From: Podarcis pityusensis
Lineage: Eukaryota
Reading direction: 5' to 3' (one strand)
Length of the DNA stretch: 64,000 nucleotides
Assembly (NCBI GenBank): GCA_964106645.2
Contig: OZ067041.1
In this document: positions 39,045 through 52,000 of the stretch, in pieces
Numbering within the stretch: position 1 is the stretch's first letter
Layout of the letters: each line of letters begins with the position of its first letter
Notes under the pieces: generated by a model
What the model saw: only the letters and a program-made list of their open reading frames with translations
Database searches by the model: none
What the model was told of the DNA's origin: nothing
Position numbers and translations under genes: made by a program

Positions 39045-39540
39045 AATATGTGGAGATGAAATAATCACAGGACTATTGCTTTGGGATAAAATGGGCCACA
39101 ACTTTATTGATTACAGATGTAAGTAAGTCTTGGCATAGGCACTGGGTGTGTAGCCAGAATCACCCAATCTGACTGTTGGTTGATTACTGAGTAGGCATTG
39201 GGCAAACCTTAGTCTTGGATGAAGGGGGGTTGTAGTCTCTTCCTGCCCCTCCAGTGCCAGGGTATCCCATTAAAGGGATTTGGGGGGAGCTGATTATATC
39301 AGAGGCTCAGGCAGGGGCTGGGGCCTATAGCACTCCTCAAAGCGGCAATTCCTGCAGAGGTCCACTAATTTGATGCAAGTCTTAGGAATCCTCTGCTGCC
39401 AAATTGACCCTTGACATCACTTCTGGCAAGTTAATGGTTGCCCAGTGCCTATGCCAAATCTTTTCATCTGCATTCAATAAATCTGTGGCCTTATTTGATC
39501 CAAACATACCGGTAAGTGTGCGGTGTCCATTATTATATGC
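39045..39540. mobile_element. Unassigned repeat: two head-to-head copies of one terminus
   Basis: Inverted arms of about 50 bp at 39094-39146 and 39441-39490; third copy at 54131-54176. Confidence 0.55.
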
Positions 39541-39805
39541 TGTCAGGGAGGTGGGGAGCACAGAGCATCAGCATGCAATTGCTGTGAGGAATTGATCAGA
39601 ACCACAAGCGAGCCACCAGAATCCCCTGTGACCATTGGAGGAGGAAATGATGTCCTTCCCAGTCATGTGAGAAACAGGCCCCTGCCCCCAATCCCTAGCG
39701 TCAGGCCACAATCACTGCTCACTGGGGGAAGAGATAAGCGGTCCTTGCAATGAATACAAATTAGAAGGGAAATCACTGCTTTCTTACGCCCCAGACTATG
39801 ACATT

Positions 39806-39893
39806 GGGTTGTACTTTTAATCAGAGTAGATCCATTGAAATTAATGACTACTAATTTCAGTGGGTCTACTCTGATTAAAAGTTAGTTGAATAC
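39806..39893. mobile_element. Fold-back MITE, same family as 12032-12148
   Basis: acttttaatcagagtagatccattgaaatta / taatttcagtgggtctactctgattaaaagt inverted arms. Confidence 0.7.
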
Positions 39894-40344
39894 AGTTACA
39901 ACTGAATGTGTATATGAAATTAACTGCATGATTGTTTGAAAGGGACCTCTTTGCTGATTCCTGATTCAAATTTCCCAATGCCTGTATTATGTCTAGTCAT
40001 AGCATGGCTCATAGCAGCTGGGGTGATTTGCAACAGAGAATGGCGTTAAAAGGAAGGATTCATGCCCCTTCTCCCATACTGCAGCCACGATTCTAATTTT
40101 TCCCCTACCCCACAAAATCCAGGAACAGATTTACCAGGCAATGTGTGCTTCTGACCCTTTAAAAAAGCGCCTTATTCAAAATTCTCCTGCTCTTTGAGCA
40201 GCATAGTTAAAGCTGATAAAAATGGAAAGCATGAATTAGCATTTCTCTATTATCTGCCAGGTTTCATTGTATTCCTTAAGAATTTAAAATATTACGTATT
40301 GTTATGTACTGTAATTGCATTCTTACAATGTTTCTATATTATAG

Positions 40345-40547
40345 CAGAAGCATTTACTAGCTCTGATGCTGTAGCTGAACCTCCAGATGATGCATTGGCA
40401 ACTAAGGAATCAAACTATTTACAAGAGTTCTTCAGCCCAATGGATGTACTTTTCCTGACGGGAGAAAGCAGTTCAGTCCTCAGGCTTCACTATCTTCCTT
40501 TTATTATGGGAAAACGTTATTGTGCCATAATTTTGTTCAATGAACAG
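40345..40547 (+). CDS. CFAP47: CFAP47 exon 20: EAFTSSDAV...LQEFFSP...LHYLPFIMGKRYCAIILFNEQ
   Basis: TAGCAGAAG tandem acceptor (start 40345, 40348 or 40351); CAG|GTAAAT donor; phase 1/0. Confidence 0.88.
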
Positions 40548-42336
40548 GTAAATAGGTATATTTTTCACACATTGCCCTTGTGAATGACATGAGAAAAATT
40601 GGGACACTAAATCTTATTGTTATAACAGTTCATTGAAAATGCAAAAAATAAAAATAAAATAAAATGCACCAACTTCAAATCCTGGTATCCTAAAACATTC
40701 TTGCAAAGTCCTTCTATCTTCTCCAATCCTCTGTGGGTCCCTGGACTCATAGGTCAATATTAAGCAATCCTGAAGAAAGTATGGAAGATGTTCCATATCC
40801 ATATCTGCATGCCAACACATACCTTTTAAAACAAGCAAACAAACCAAAGCACTTCAAAAAAAGGGCATTCATTCATTCATTCATTCAGTGAAATTATTGC
40901 CTGCTTTTCACTCAAATGATATCCAGCATCTTATAGCTGATTATAACAATATAATACAGTAAAAAGAAATTGTCCTGCTGATGGGGAACTCAAGAAATAT
41001 GTTGGGGAGAGTTGATGTTAAAAGCATTCCCAGTGTCTTTGATATTTCTATAGCTGTTGCTGCTATTTTTATGAAACCTCAGGTGAACTGGGGGAAATAG
41101 CACCCCCCCCCCAACTCTCTTCCAGCTCTACAGTTCTGTGATAAGCAGGCTGCAAGAGATAAAACTGTCACTAGAACACATGTAGGCACGCCACAGTCTA
41201 TGAGGTGCATGTGGCTCTCCACCACTCTCTGTACAGCTCTCCCCCCCCCAAAAAAATCCACCAACTTTACCCCTTTGCTGAGCTGATCAGCCATCAGCTA
41301 GGTGATGGGGAAAATGACACTATCAAGCAATTTAAGATCTATCCAGACTGCTGGGGGCGGAGTTGTAAAAACCTGTGCTCCGCAACAATTCCAATATACA
41401 TACAGTCACCATCGCTGTGGTGCTCTTAGCAATCTCTGCAGAATTGCTGTGTGAGAGTTTGTGTGTGTCCATGGAAGAAATGTTTTAGACTAAAACACAA
41501 TTTCTTTTAAAGGATTGTTTTCCATATTCAGCAGTTTTGAACCACGTGGCCATTAAAAAGTTACAGTTGCATAAGTGTCTTAATGGGAGAGCTCAAAAAT
41601 TTTCAACCTTTATTTTTAAATGCAAGACTCAGCATGCTGTGAAATAGAAAAGAGCAGTACTGTTAATTTGACCTTCATTTATAGGTGTCAAGATTGCCTA
41701 CAGGTATAACCATAAATTCTGGGTGTCTGTTAAATTGTAGCTGCATTTCAAAGTTAATGAGTGGGACCAGACTGTCCTAATAAAGGCAGAAATATTGCTT
41801 TAACTTTACAAGGATTAGAGCTCTAGAATGGGATGCCACTATATATGTTGGAATAATACCGAGTTCTCTTTTTGTGACTCCAGCAAGTAAAGAATGTACG
41901 ATGAGATCAGTCTAATAGGTTGATAAACCTATCCTTGAAGTCCTCTACTGAAGGACTGATGAACATTTAAAGGTCCAAATGGGTTAAGCCAATTACACCA
42001 CATCTTACATGCAAATAATGCATGCAATCAATGGGGGAAATGGCTTTCATGGCATTGATAGGGCACCCGAGTTAAATAATGACAAATACTTCTGGTCCTA
42101 ATTCTTTCCTACCCAACGTTGAATTACTAGATTTATTTTATTATACCTTGTAGTATTTCCAGTTTAGTTTATGAAGAGGCTTTAAAACGAAGACTCTCAA
42201 ATGTATGAAATATTCTTGTAAGTCAAGCTTCAATGTTGCTGCAATGGATTTGTGTTTGTTTATAGTCTGAGAGGCTTCTAATTTGTTCTGCATGGATTGT
42301 TGTCGAAATTGAAATGCATATGTTCTTGTGTTTCAG

Positions 42337-42445
42337 ATTGGGGAATTTGTGTACCTGGTGGAAGGAACATGTGATTTACCATTGCCTTCAGGCTTACTTC
42401 CAATGAATAGCCCAAATGTTCTGTGCATTAGCAGCATGCTAGAAG
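42337..42445 (+). CDS. CFAP47: CFAP47 exon 21: IGEFVYLVEGTCDLPLPSGLLPMNSPNVLCISSMLE
   Basis: ttcttgtgtttcAG acceptor; G|GTAGAG donor; phase 0/1. Confidence 0.92.
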
Positions 42446-44136
42446 GTAGAGTGGGGGTATAAAAATATCTCCCCCCCCCACGTTAAACTTTTAGATACAA
42501 TAAATTTCACAAGCAGTGAAATATTTTGCAATGCGGAGGCATCAGAAAACTGCCATTGGAATATATAATTGTTTCTTTTTCTGGTACCTCAAATGGTAGT
42601 CAAACATTTTTATTTGGATTACAAATTACTTCTTGCTCACACGTATTTCTTATCCTTGCATATGCCTGCTCTCTACTGGTGCAAATAACAAAGGATTATT
42701 TTCAGTGTTCTCCATACATCATCAGTTACAGCTTCTATCCTGGTTGTCTCAGCATTGTATATTGGTATCATATGGTTATGACTCTGCTTATATGAGCACT
42801 ATGCCAGGTGAATGTTCCTAGACTCCAAAGGATTGAAATTTGATGTATAGAGTTCTGTTCTGACCATTTATCAAAGCCACATGAAGTACCCTTAAAGGTA
42901 TAAAAAAGCTTCATGCTGTAATTCTTCACAGTATTTCAGGCCTGGGAACCTGTTTAGTTTTTTTTTTAACAGGTCTCTTTAAATTTAGACTTACTTCAGC
43001 TTGCAAAAATCAAATTTGCGGTTTTTGTTCAATTAGTATCCTCTAGCCTTTCTGCCATCTGGATTTATTACTGGTTGATAATGACCTGGCAACCCAAACA
43101 GGCAATAGTTAAAGGAGAAGAAAAGGTTACTTATCTGTAATTGTAATTCTTGAAGATAATAGCTTGTATAGCCTTCCTTCACTTTGCATGGATCCAAACA
43201 GCAAATTACCTTGGAAGAGCTACAGTTACTGCACAAGTGACCTTTCTTTCATGGCCTGTGATTCAGACATACTCCTGCATGTCCATTTAATGAGGGCCAA
43301 ACAGCCCTGTCAGCAAGGGATTGATGCTTGCGGAGACAGTGTGCCCCTAGGCTTCTCCAAAATGGAGTATATACTGACAGTAGTATCAACGAGAAATATA
43401 GCTACATTTCTTTAGCACCACTGGGCCATAGATATACACAGCTTTGGCAATAGGGCATATAAAGTCTCTAAACCCATCTTTGTTTAATTGAACTCAGTTT
43501 TTACATACTAAAGATTTGTTCCGTGCTGTGCTTTTGAATGAAACCAGCAGCTTGAACTGTAATGCTAACAATGACTTTTTGCCTAGTCACTTATTTTTGC
43601 TTACTGTGAAGGAATAAAAATCAAGAGTTATAAGATTAAGACTTATTTCCACCATGACAGCTAAAAGGGGAAGAAAATGTTTTAGTAGCATTGTAGTTCA
43701 ACTGTTTTAGTTGATAAATTGAAAACAAGTGAATTCAAGCTGGTTTTTTCCATGATTCCAGTGCCTAATAGAAATGGGAATTCAGATTGCTAACTTTTTT
43801 CTGGCAGGACTTCTGTATCTTTGTAGTTGCTTGACATGAGAAAATCTACCAGATGAAGTTTATTCCTTCACTTTATTTATCAGGTGCATTTTGTTGAACC
43901 GTAGGGGTTAGAAGCACAGGAGCCCTGCTGAGAAATAAAGTTAGCAACACTAGTTTTTGTGTTGTGTTGTCCTTGTCAGCTTTTTCTAACACTAGGCTTT
44001 TGGCTCTGGCTCTGGCAAGCCATAGCAATTGGTGCTATGGTACCAAATTTAGCATCTGCCTGGTGCAGGTGTGCTGTAGAAGCAAAAATCTTAGTTGGCC
44101 GTTGTTGATGTTACCTCTTGCTCTTGTTTATTACAG

Positions 44137-44363
44137 GTGACAGAGAAATACAACCAGTGCTTTGCCTGAAATGTTGTGTTGGTAATACGCTTCGAGAAAA
44201 GCTGAAGATCCCTCTCGTGAATGAAGCTAGGGAAAAGGCTCTGGCTCTTGCAGCACAACAGCAGATGTCTGCTTTGGAGTATGAGCGAAGAAAGGTCACT
44301 GGGACACTTGAGAGCAGCAGCGTTCGAGTTGCAGTTGCAGCTTTAGGTCTGTCACAAGTTGAG
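44137..44363 (+). CDS. CFAP47: CFAP47 exon 22: DREIQPVLCLKC...PLVNEAREKALALAAQQQMSALEYERRKVTGTLESSSVRVAVAALGLSQVE
   Basis: ttgtttattacAG acceptor; GAG|GTAAGA donor; phase 1/0. Confidence 0.93.
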
Positions 44364-45075
44364 GTAAGAACATTATTGACTGCAGATCTTATAATTGTAC
44401 TTTGTTCATTACATTTTGAAGCTGACAGGGAAGCAACACTTTGACTGCATACTGCACGATTGGAAAAGGCCTCTTTTGTCAAGCTGATTCTGAACACCAG
44501 TCTTGTAATGCAGTTTTCTCCATTATGTTATAAAGCTGCCCAAACCCCCAAAGCTTGATTTTGAGAGGTAACCTCCAACCTGGGAGTAAGCATCTCAGCA
44601 CATAGTAGCAGGGTTGGATCAGAACTATGGTGGTTCCTGGGCTAGCAGACCTTATTCCAGCCTAAACACAATTCATATGCATGATATAATCCAGTTTCTT
44701 TTGACATGTCTGTGCCCAGCCCCCATCCTTAATTGTTCCAACCAACCTAATTTAGTAGGAACAGTATCATCCATTTCACTTGAAAAGAAAAATTGGTGTG
44801 TGCCGTGGGGTTAAGGGAAATACAGCATTCCTACAGGCAGAAGTTAAAAAGTAAACTATATTTGCACCACCAAATCTCCCAAATGGCTTTTTAAACATAG
44901 GAGATTTTGAAGAGTATTTTGATAATTGTGTAATACAATTAAGAAAGTAATTCTGCAAAAACAAGGAAATAAAAATCTAGGTGCATACACAGAACCTTTT
45001 ACATGCTTCCTGGTTGACTTGCAGTTAGCATGAAAACATTGTTAAGACTCAACTACATGGTTCCTTTATTTACAG

Positions 45076-45253
45076 AAAGATGCGCTGCACAACTTTCCTA
45101 AATTTTTTACAAAATATATTGAGTACAGTGTTGAAGTGAGCATGCCTGAATATTTTGAAAGCCCTGGAAATATAGAAATACCCGTGTTGGCATCAAGCAG
45201 AATTCATCCTACGCACCAGGGAAAAGGACATATTTGGTCTGCAGAAGAAAGAG
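45076..45253 (+). CDS. CFAP47: CFAP47 exon 23: KDALHNFPKFFTKYIEYSVEVSMPEYFESPGNIEIPVL...SAEER
   Basis: cctttatttacAG acceptor; weaker donor AG|GTGACA gives the phase 1 needed by exon 24. Confidence 0.8.
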
Positions 45254-45577
45254 GTGACAAGCATCTGATTAGTAAATTACTACTACCACTGTCAATAACA
45301 AAACTCTTGATACTAATTCTGAAATTCTTCATATGTCTTACCATCCTGTTTGCTGCAGATGTTCTTCACTGGGAAGGGATGCCCAGTGAGTGGAACAATA
45401 TCTGTACAGTGGAGATGAGAAATGGTCTGAAGCCGTTTATAACTTCTGCAGATTACAGGAGCATTTCCCTTTCCTCAGCACTTCACTTATTTTCATTATA
45501 ACCAGGCACAAGGGGAGTGGGATGTCAGTCCTACAGGAAAGTTACTCTTGGTTTTTTAGAAGTAACTAACATCAATG

Positions 45578-45657
45578 TGGGACGCGGGTGGCACTGTGGG
45601 TTAAACCACAGAGCTTAGGACTTGCCGATCAGAAGGTCGGCAGTTCGAATCCCTGTG
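45578..45657 (+). mobile_element. Sauria SINE 5' fragment
   Basis: gggacgcgggtggcactgtgggttaaaccacagag...gttcgaatccc. Confidence 0.85.
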
Positions 45658-46271
45658 AAAAGAATTCATGCCTGAAACAAATAATTTACGGTTGGAAATT
45701 TAAGGACTGGAGCTTTGGAAGTAAAAGCTTGTGCCAGTGAAGCAAACAGAGCATGTGGGACAAACAGCTTTGATTATACAGGATATGTAGTGGAATAATC
45801 ATACAAAAAAGGCCAGTGACTGATTTTGGTATCCAAACCTTTTAATTATCAACATGTTTACTGGAAATCTTACCGATGTTGTTGTTGGCATCCATCTGTT
45901 AGGAAATATTTTGAATAAGCTAACATAAAAATAAAATGTATCAGAATTGCTTACCAGTATTTCAACGAGATACGATCACACTTTCTGAATCTCAAAAGAG
46001 CCCTTGGTTCATTTTGAATCTCAAAAGAGCCCTTGATTCATTTTGACATCAACATGATTTTCTTCATGTACCTGAGGGAAATATTGTTACATATTTGTCT
46101 GCATATTTCACATTGTCAGTCTGTGCCATCTTTGTGTCTTCGGGGTCAAATTAAAGATCACTGAACCATAGCTGTGACAATGGTAATTTCAAGTTTGCCT
46201 GGTTGCTTAAATATTCAGGATACCTAATTTGGAATTCACTGGATTTTGTTGCATAAGTGCTCCATTGTAGT

Positions 46272-46543
46272 ACCTAGAAGTTTGAAAGCATACCAGTGCA
46301 AGTAGATAAATAGGGACCGCTGTGGCAGGAAGGTAAACAGTGTTTCTGTTCTTCGGTTTCTGTCATGGTGTTCCATTGCACCAGAAGCGGCTTAGTCATG
46401 TTGGCCACATGACCCGGAAAGCTGTCTGTGAACAGACGTCAGCTCCTTTGGCCTGAAAGCGAGATGAGCACCGCAACCCCATAGTCACCTTTGACTGGAC
46501 TTAACCATCCAGGAGTCCTTTACCTTTTTTTTTTTTAACCTTT
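46272..46543 (+). mobile_element. Sauria SINE 3' fragment
   Basis: acctagaagtttgaaagca...agtagataaataggg...cctttacctt tail. Confidence 0.85.
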
Positions 46544-47524
46544 ATGAAGAGAATACAATATTGGTTTATCTTTATCATGTTAAAATACTTGTTTCTTTTC
46601 TTTTTAAAGTAACTCTTATAAATTTTCTCGCACATTTGTATTCATACATTAATTAAATAGTTTGTAGCTTGGATAGGTGCTATTGGTGTTTAGGCTTCAT
46701 AGAGTTTGAGTTTTGTGAGTATTAAGTAAAAGACTGCCAGCTGGATGTGACATACCAAGCTATCTTCAATTACTTATATGTAATGCTTCAGAAAACAAAT
46801 ATTAGCCTATATATTCCAAAACTAAATTCCATCTTACAAGACTGAGCTGGATCTTTTTAGCAAAAAAGCGAAACTCCCTTTTTTATAATAAGCACAAAAA
46901 TGAAGAATTGGCCATTTTGTTAACCACAACTGCATGTTGATGAGATATAGTAAGGGGAATAGAGTTCTAATTCCTGAAGCTTTGAACAACTATTATGGTT
47001 GGCATTAAAAATAATAATAATAATCTGCACCTTGTTCCTATGACTCTAAAATGCAGACATTTTATGGTACCTTCGTACCATGTGAAGAGTTTTATCTGCT
47101 GATGTATACATGTCAAACTGCTGTTAAAGGTACAGAAGCAGACCAGACCATCTTTCAGGTCAGAAGGCAACAGTGACAGCTAGACTTTGGAGTTATAAAT
47201 ATATGTGAATAATTCTATAACTTACAATATTCCAATGACTGATTAAATAGTTTGCTTTGTACTTCATGCTTGTGAAGTGCTATCGAACTGTTAAGGCACT
47301 AATCATTTTAATATGCTTTATTTTTTTAATTTTGTGCCTGAATAATTTAAATGAATTTTTTAATAATTACATTCTGTCTTTTGGTGTGCTGTGCTTTCAT
47401 GCTTAATCAATAGCTGTTCAATACTCTGAAACTAAAATAAGGGTGGATATTAGCTATTGGCTAATTCTATCTTCTTTTTAATTCTGTCTCTCCATTGTTT
47501 TTCATCTCTAATGGCCCATTCATT

Positions 47525-48020
47525 AGAAAGCAAGGGCAGATGCAGGGCAGCTCTAAAAGAAGCACATCTCTGTTTTCAGTAAAGTTAACTCTCTATTCAA
47601 AGAAACAAATATACACTCGGCCTAGTGGTCTCAGCAACACTTCCCAGCAGGTATTGCCCCTATGGAGCAGTTGACAGGACTGAAGGTCCCTGCCTTCCAC
47701 ACTTCTCTAAGGCTCCTCCTCTCCCAGCCATTTCCCAAGCAGTCTCAAATTGCAGTCTGCACACTTCTGACCTCTGTTCTGCTCTTCGCATTACTATGCA
47801 GGTTCTTGGGGACCAGGGAGGAGGGGAGGGGAGCCTGTTGCATCGGGAGAGGGAGACTCCCTGGATTCTTCAGCAGCGTCTGAACTCTTCTCCGCCTGAA
47901 CTCTCCTTGGTGTCCCACCACCAACCTCCTGGTCCTGATCCTTCCTCCTCTGGGGTTTCCCCTGGGGGTTCCCTGATTGGTGCCCCCCACCATTCATCTT
48001 TGTCCAGCCAGTCCTTGACA
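47525..48020 (-). mobile_element. Probable solo LTR (Gypsy-type)
   Basis: Minus strand begins TGTCAAGGACTGGCTGG, has a purine-rich U3-like stretch and a degenerate polyA-like signal near 47590; 3' CA and TSD not resolved. Confidence 0.55.
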
Positions 48021-50968
48021 TGGGCTACACCATTGATTGTCACATCACTAAAGTTTGTAGAAAATAAAGCGGACCACACAGCCAAACATCCTCCACTAAT
48101 CCTTACAAATAAGATTGAATATCATGTCACATCACATTACTTAGGCTAGCAAATCATTTACAATATGTTGACTTCTATGGTTGCTAGAACTAACATTTAT
48201 TTCCACTACTCAATTCAGAAGACATAAATATTTACATATTTAATAACACTATCTAAAAAGCATAATTTTCTGAAAACTTCTCCATATGTGTATGTTAAAA
48301 ATATGCCTTCATATTATACTCAGTAACAGGTTATCATTTTCACTATATGCCTTATGAATTCTGCCTTGGTTCAGTGTCTGGTGTAATTCGAGCAATCTTT
48401 TATTTCCCAGTAATTTCCTGGAGCTTTAAACCTGCTCCCCAGCACAATGTTATCAGTGATCCTCTTTCTCTTCTGGTTGTGCTCTGTGGGTGGTCTATTT
48501 TGTTTTACATACATACTAAGATATGACTTTTTGAGATGACTACCAGTGTTCTAATCGTAGTTATGGATGGCTAGTTATGTGCCAGAACTGATGACTTTAG
48601 AAGCAGATGTACATCTCAGTATTCCATCAAAAAAACATGTACAACCAGTTCAGTAGGATAAATGGGCACTGTGAACCATATGCAGAAGGAGATGTGCATT
48701 CAGGTGTGTATCAACAATGGAAGTACACATAGAAGGCCACTTGCATGTGCAAATCTTCCTTACCAGATTGGGACAGGCATCTTTACAAAAAGTATCATCT
48801 CAGAATTTTAGGTAGCATTACTGCTACTTCTCCTTGTGCACAGTGGGTGCAGGATGGGCCTCAAATTGCTTGCAATGAGGGCATGCAGTTCTCGTGTTAA
48901 TTAAATTTTACCTCTTGGCTGCTGTTCTGTTAAGTATAATTTTGGCAGTTGCAATATACCAGGAGAAAACACTAGTGGACCCAATCCTTGGGTTTGTAAC
49001 AAAGCAACAAACATCAGCTTGAATTCAATGAATAACATCTTCAACTTCTTAATTCTGCTAGAAATTAAGCTTATATAATATCCAACTACCGGTATGTAAG
49101 TCCCTCTAGATCTAGAATGATCTTTGTGTGATTCGTGAATACCTCCCCTGCAATTGAGCCAGATATTCACAAAATTATCCACTTTGACATCCTAATTTGG
49201 TGTGGCAGTCTTTTAGACAGCGCTTTCTGTGGTATGTTTAAAAACTAACCCTACAAGGTGGACCAACTTGCTGTCTTCCAGTGCTTCTTCAAAAGATTTG
49301 TAAACAGTGAACCAATCCAGGATAAGACCTTTGCTATTTATTTTGAGGATGAATGTTTATACTATGCAGGAAGTCATGCTTAACAAACTGATAGGAAATA
49401 TGTGTTTAATTGTACTTGGGTATCAAAACCAGAATGCAAGCATACCATGAAAAGCAGCCTTTAGCTTGGCCCAAGATGTTTTCTGGTGTGCAATAAATTC
49501 TGCAAAATGCAAATCCCAGGAGAAAGAATAGTACATTGGAAAATTAGACCTATACTGATAATAAAGGCATGTTATCTAAAATGTATTGCTAATATTTTTG
49601 TGTAAAAGAATTGTGAGTTTTGTCTTGTGGTACTGAATGTACTTAAACTATATACCAAAAAATTGAAAAATCATCTAATGTGGATATTTTCTGTGCTCCC
49701 ATGTACTGCGTGAATGGTACGAGATAGTTACAATCTAATTTGGGGAAAAAATATTTATGAGCCAGGAATAAGTGAGCGAGTTTTATTACTAGTATAACTG
49801 ACAAACGTGGGACGTTTTTGTGGAAGATAGCCGATGGGGATAATAACTTGGTGACAAAACAGAAAAGAGGTAATAATTCATAAATTAGCAGGTCATTAAT
49901 CTTGTCTTTATGAGAGAACAAGCTAATTTATTTCAGAGAAGTTTGAAGCTGAGGTGCTATAATCTGTTTGATAGCCTGCTAATGTTGGAGGCACATAATA
50001 CAATGCTGTGCTATTCCTGTTGTGAACTTGAGTTTTCTTAAAAGCAATAATAAAGAGTTCAAGGAAAGTATTGACATGACAATGGTGGCATCAATTAGTT
50101 TCCAGTTGGTAAAGGCTTGAATTGCTACTGAACACCATTTTATAACAGGAAAATCAAATTGCCAATGAATATACTATTTGTTCATTACAGTTATTTATAG
50201 CCTGCTATTCAGGATACAAATCCTTCCAAGTCAACTGACACCATCAACTTTTTTAAAAAAGCAATAAACAATATAAAGCCATCAGGTTCCTTCCCACTTG
50301 ACAGTGTTGGAATGGCCTTGTGTGGGGAGAGCAGAGTCCAGCTGGGACAGACAAGAGAAGGCTCTTGATGACTTCTTTGCCTGCCCACTTACCTCTCCTG
50401 GAATCCTTCTTACAGGGCAGTTGGTGGTAGATGGTTGTGGTGGGAAGAGGTTAATCCAGCAAGAGCTGGGTTAGAGGTCTATTTCGCCTGCCTCCCTTGC
50501 TCTCCTGAGCTTTTCCCCACAGGGCAGCTTGTAGTAAGATAGCGCTGGTGGAGAAGTCCAGCTGGAAGAGGCTCTGCCATAGCTTCAGGAACTGAGAATA
50601 TTTAGATGAGATTGATAATAATGATATGGATCTCCCACTTTTTAAAAAAGCAGCTGTAGAGGAAGCCAAATCATACCGGGGCTGTGATGCTGAGGAAGTG
50701 TTACACCCCCCCCCCTTTTTGCAGGGCAAAAAACCACTTCTTGCTTCATGGGAGAAAATAAAAAGGAATTTGTATAGCACCTGAGTGTGTTTATTCTCAG
50801 AGTAAATCCTAAAGCCTGAAAGGTGCATTGGCTACTCCTTTTTGCTTCCTGCAGCTTAATGAATTCATGGTCCACAAGAAGACCTCTTATTCTTTGACTA
50901 CTAAGCTTCCTCAGGAGTCTTTGGTGAGCTGCTTTGCCAGAAGCTTTTTGAAGTATACTATGACAACC

Positions 50969-51318
50969 GGATGTGGGTGGTGCTGTGGGTTAAACCACTG
51001 AGCCTAGGACTTGCCGATCAGAAGGTCAGTGGTTTGAAACCCCGCGATGGGGTGAGCGTCCGTTGCTCAGTCCCTGCTCCTGCCAACCTAGCAGTTTGAA
51101 ACCATGTCAAAGTCCAAGTAGATAAATAGGTACCGCTCCGGCGGGAAGGTAAACGGTGTTTCTGTGCGCTGTTCTGGTTTGCCAGAAGCGGCTTAGTCAT
51201 GCTGGCCACATGACCCGGAAGCTGTACGCTGGCTCCCTCAGCCAATAAAGTGAGATGAGCGCCGCAACCCCAGAGTCGTCTGCGACTGGACCTAATGGTG
51301 AGGGGTCCCTTTACTTTT
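50969..51318 (+). mobile_element. Full-length Sauria SINE
   Basis: Same head, body and tail as the 20912 copy; degenerate TSD tatgacaacc / tacggcaacc. Confidence 0.9.
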
Positions 51319-51950
51319 ACGGCAACCAGACACGCACAGCTACAAATCCTTACACCTTTTCCAATTTTCTCTCTAAGTTTCCATGTAAGAACTATTCTCT
51401 AAAATGATTTTTGTTCTCTAAACAACACACACAGTATTCAAAGGTGCTGCCTCCCTGTCCTGACAACTCATTTGCAGCAAATTTAAAGATACTGTTGCAG
51501 GTGGTGTGTTAAGCCAGTATTTTTGGTACCTGAGGTTACTTACACAAAAGGCTCTTAAATTAGTACTTGAATTTTTCTTTTGTCGCTGTTCAGTGATAGT
51601 ACATTGTCTTGCATTATGTATGTTAGGATCACATTTTAATGGTCTTAACTGTGTCCAGATGATTATTTCTAAACAGAAGGAATAAAGTCCATGGTATAAA
51701 CCCCAATCTATAGTTGGTAAGTTGATAGCTGTATAAATATAAAGAGCAGGGACAGGGAGGGCATTAGCAGAAGCCAATTAATTTTTGTTCTAATTCCTAA
51801 TTGCAGTTGAGGTGTTTTTTATGTGATAGTTGTGAAATTAACTAACTCAGGTTGCCCTCAAATTCTGGTCCATTTTCCATATAGATGCAAGTGTCTAATC
51901 AGATTAATAAAGTTACATTGGCAATTTTAGGCTTTAGGCATCACCAGTAC

Positions 51951-51991
<41 letters not shown>
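51951..51991. repeat. (ATCT)n microsatellite
   Basis: About 10 units seen directly. Confidence 0.95.
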
Positions 51992-51992
<1 letters not shown>

Positions 51993-52000
51993 TGTACTTA

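Noticed and set aside
47625-48149. 174-aa ORF
   Set aside because: Antisense to a purine-rich LTR-like repeat; no recognisable domain or splice support.
48880-49200. Possible further L1 fragments here and at about 19450-19620
   Set aside because: Only vague peptide resemblance; too degraded to call without a search.
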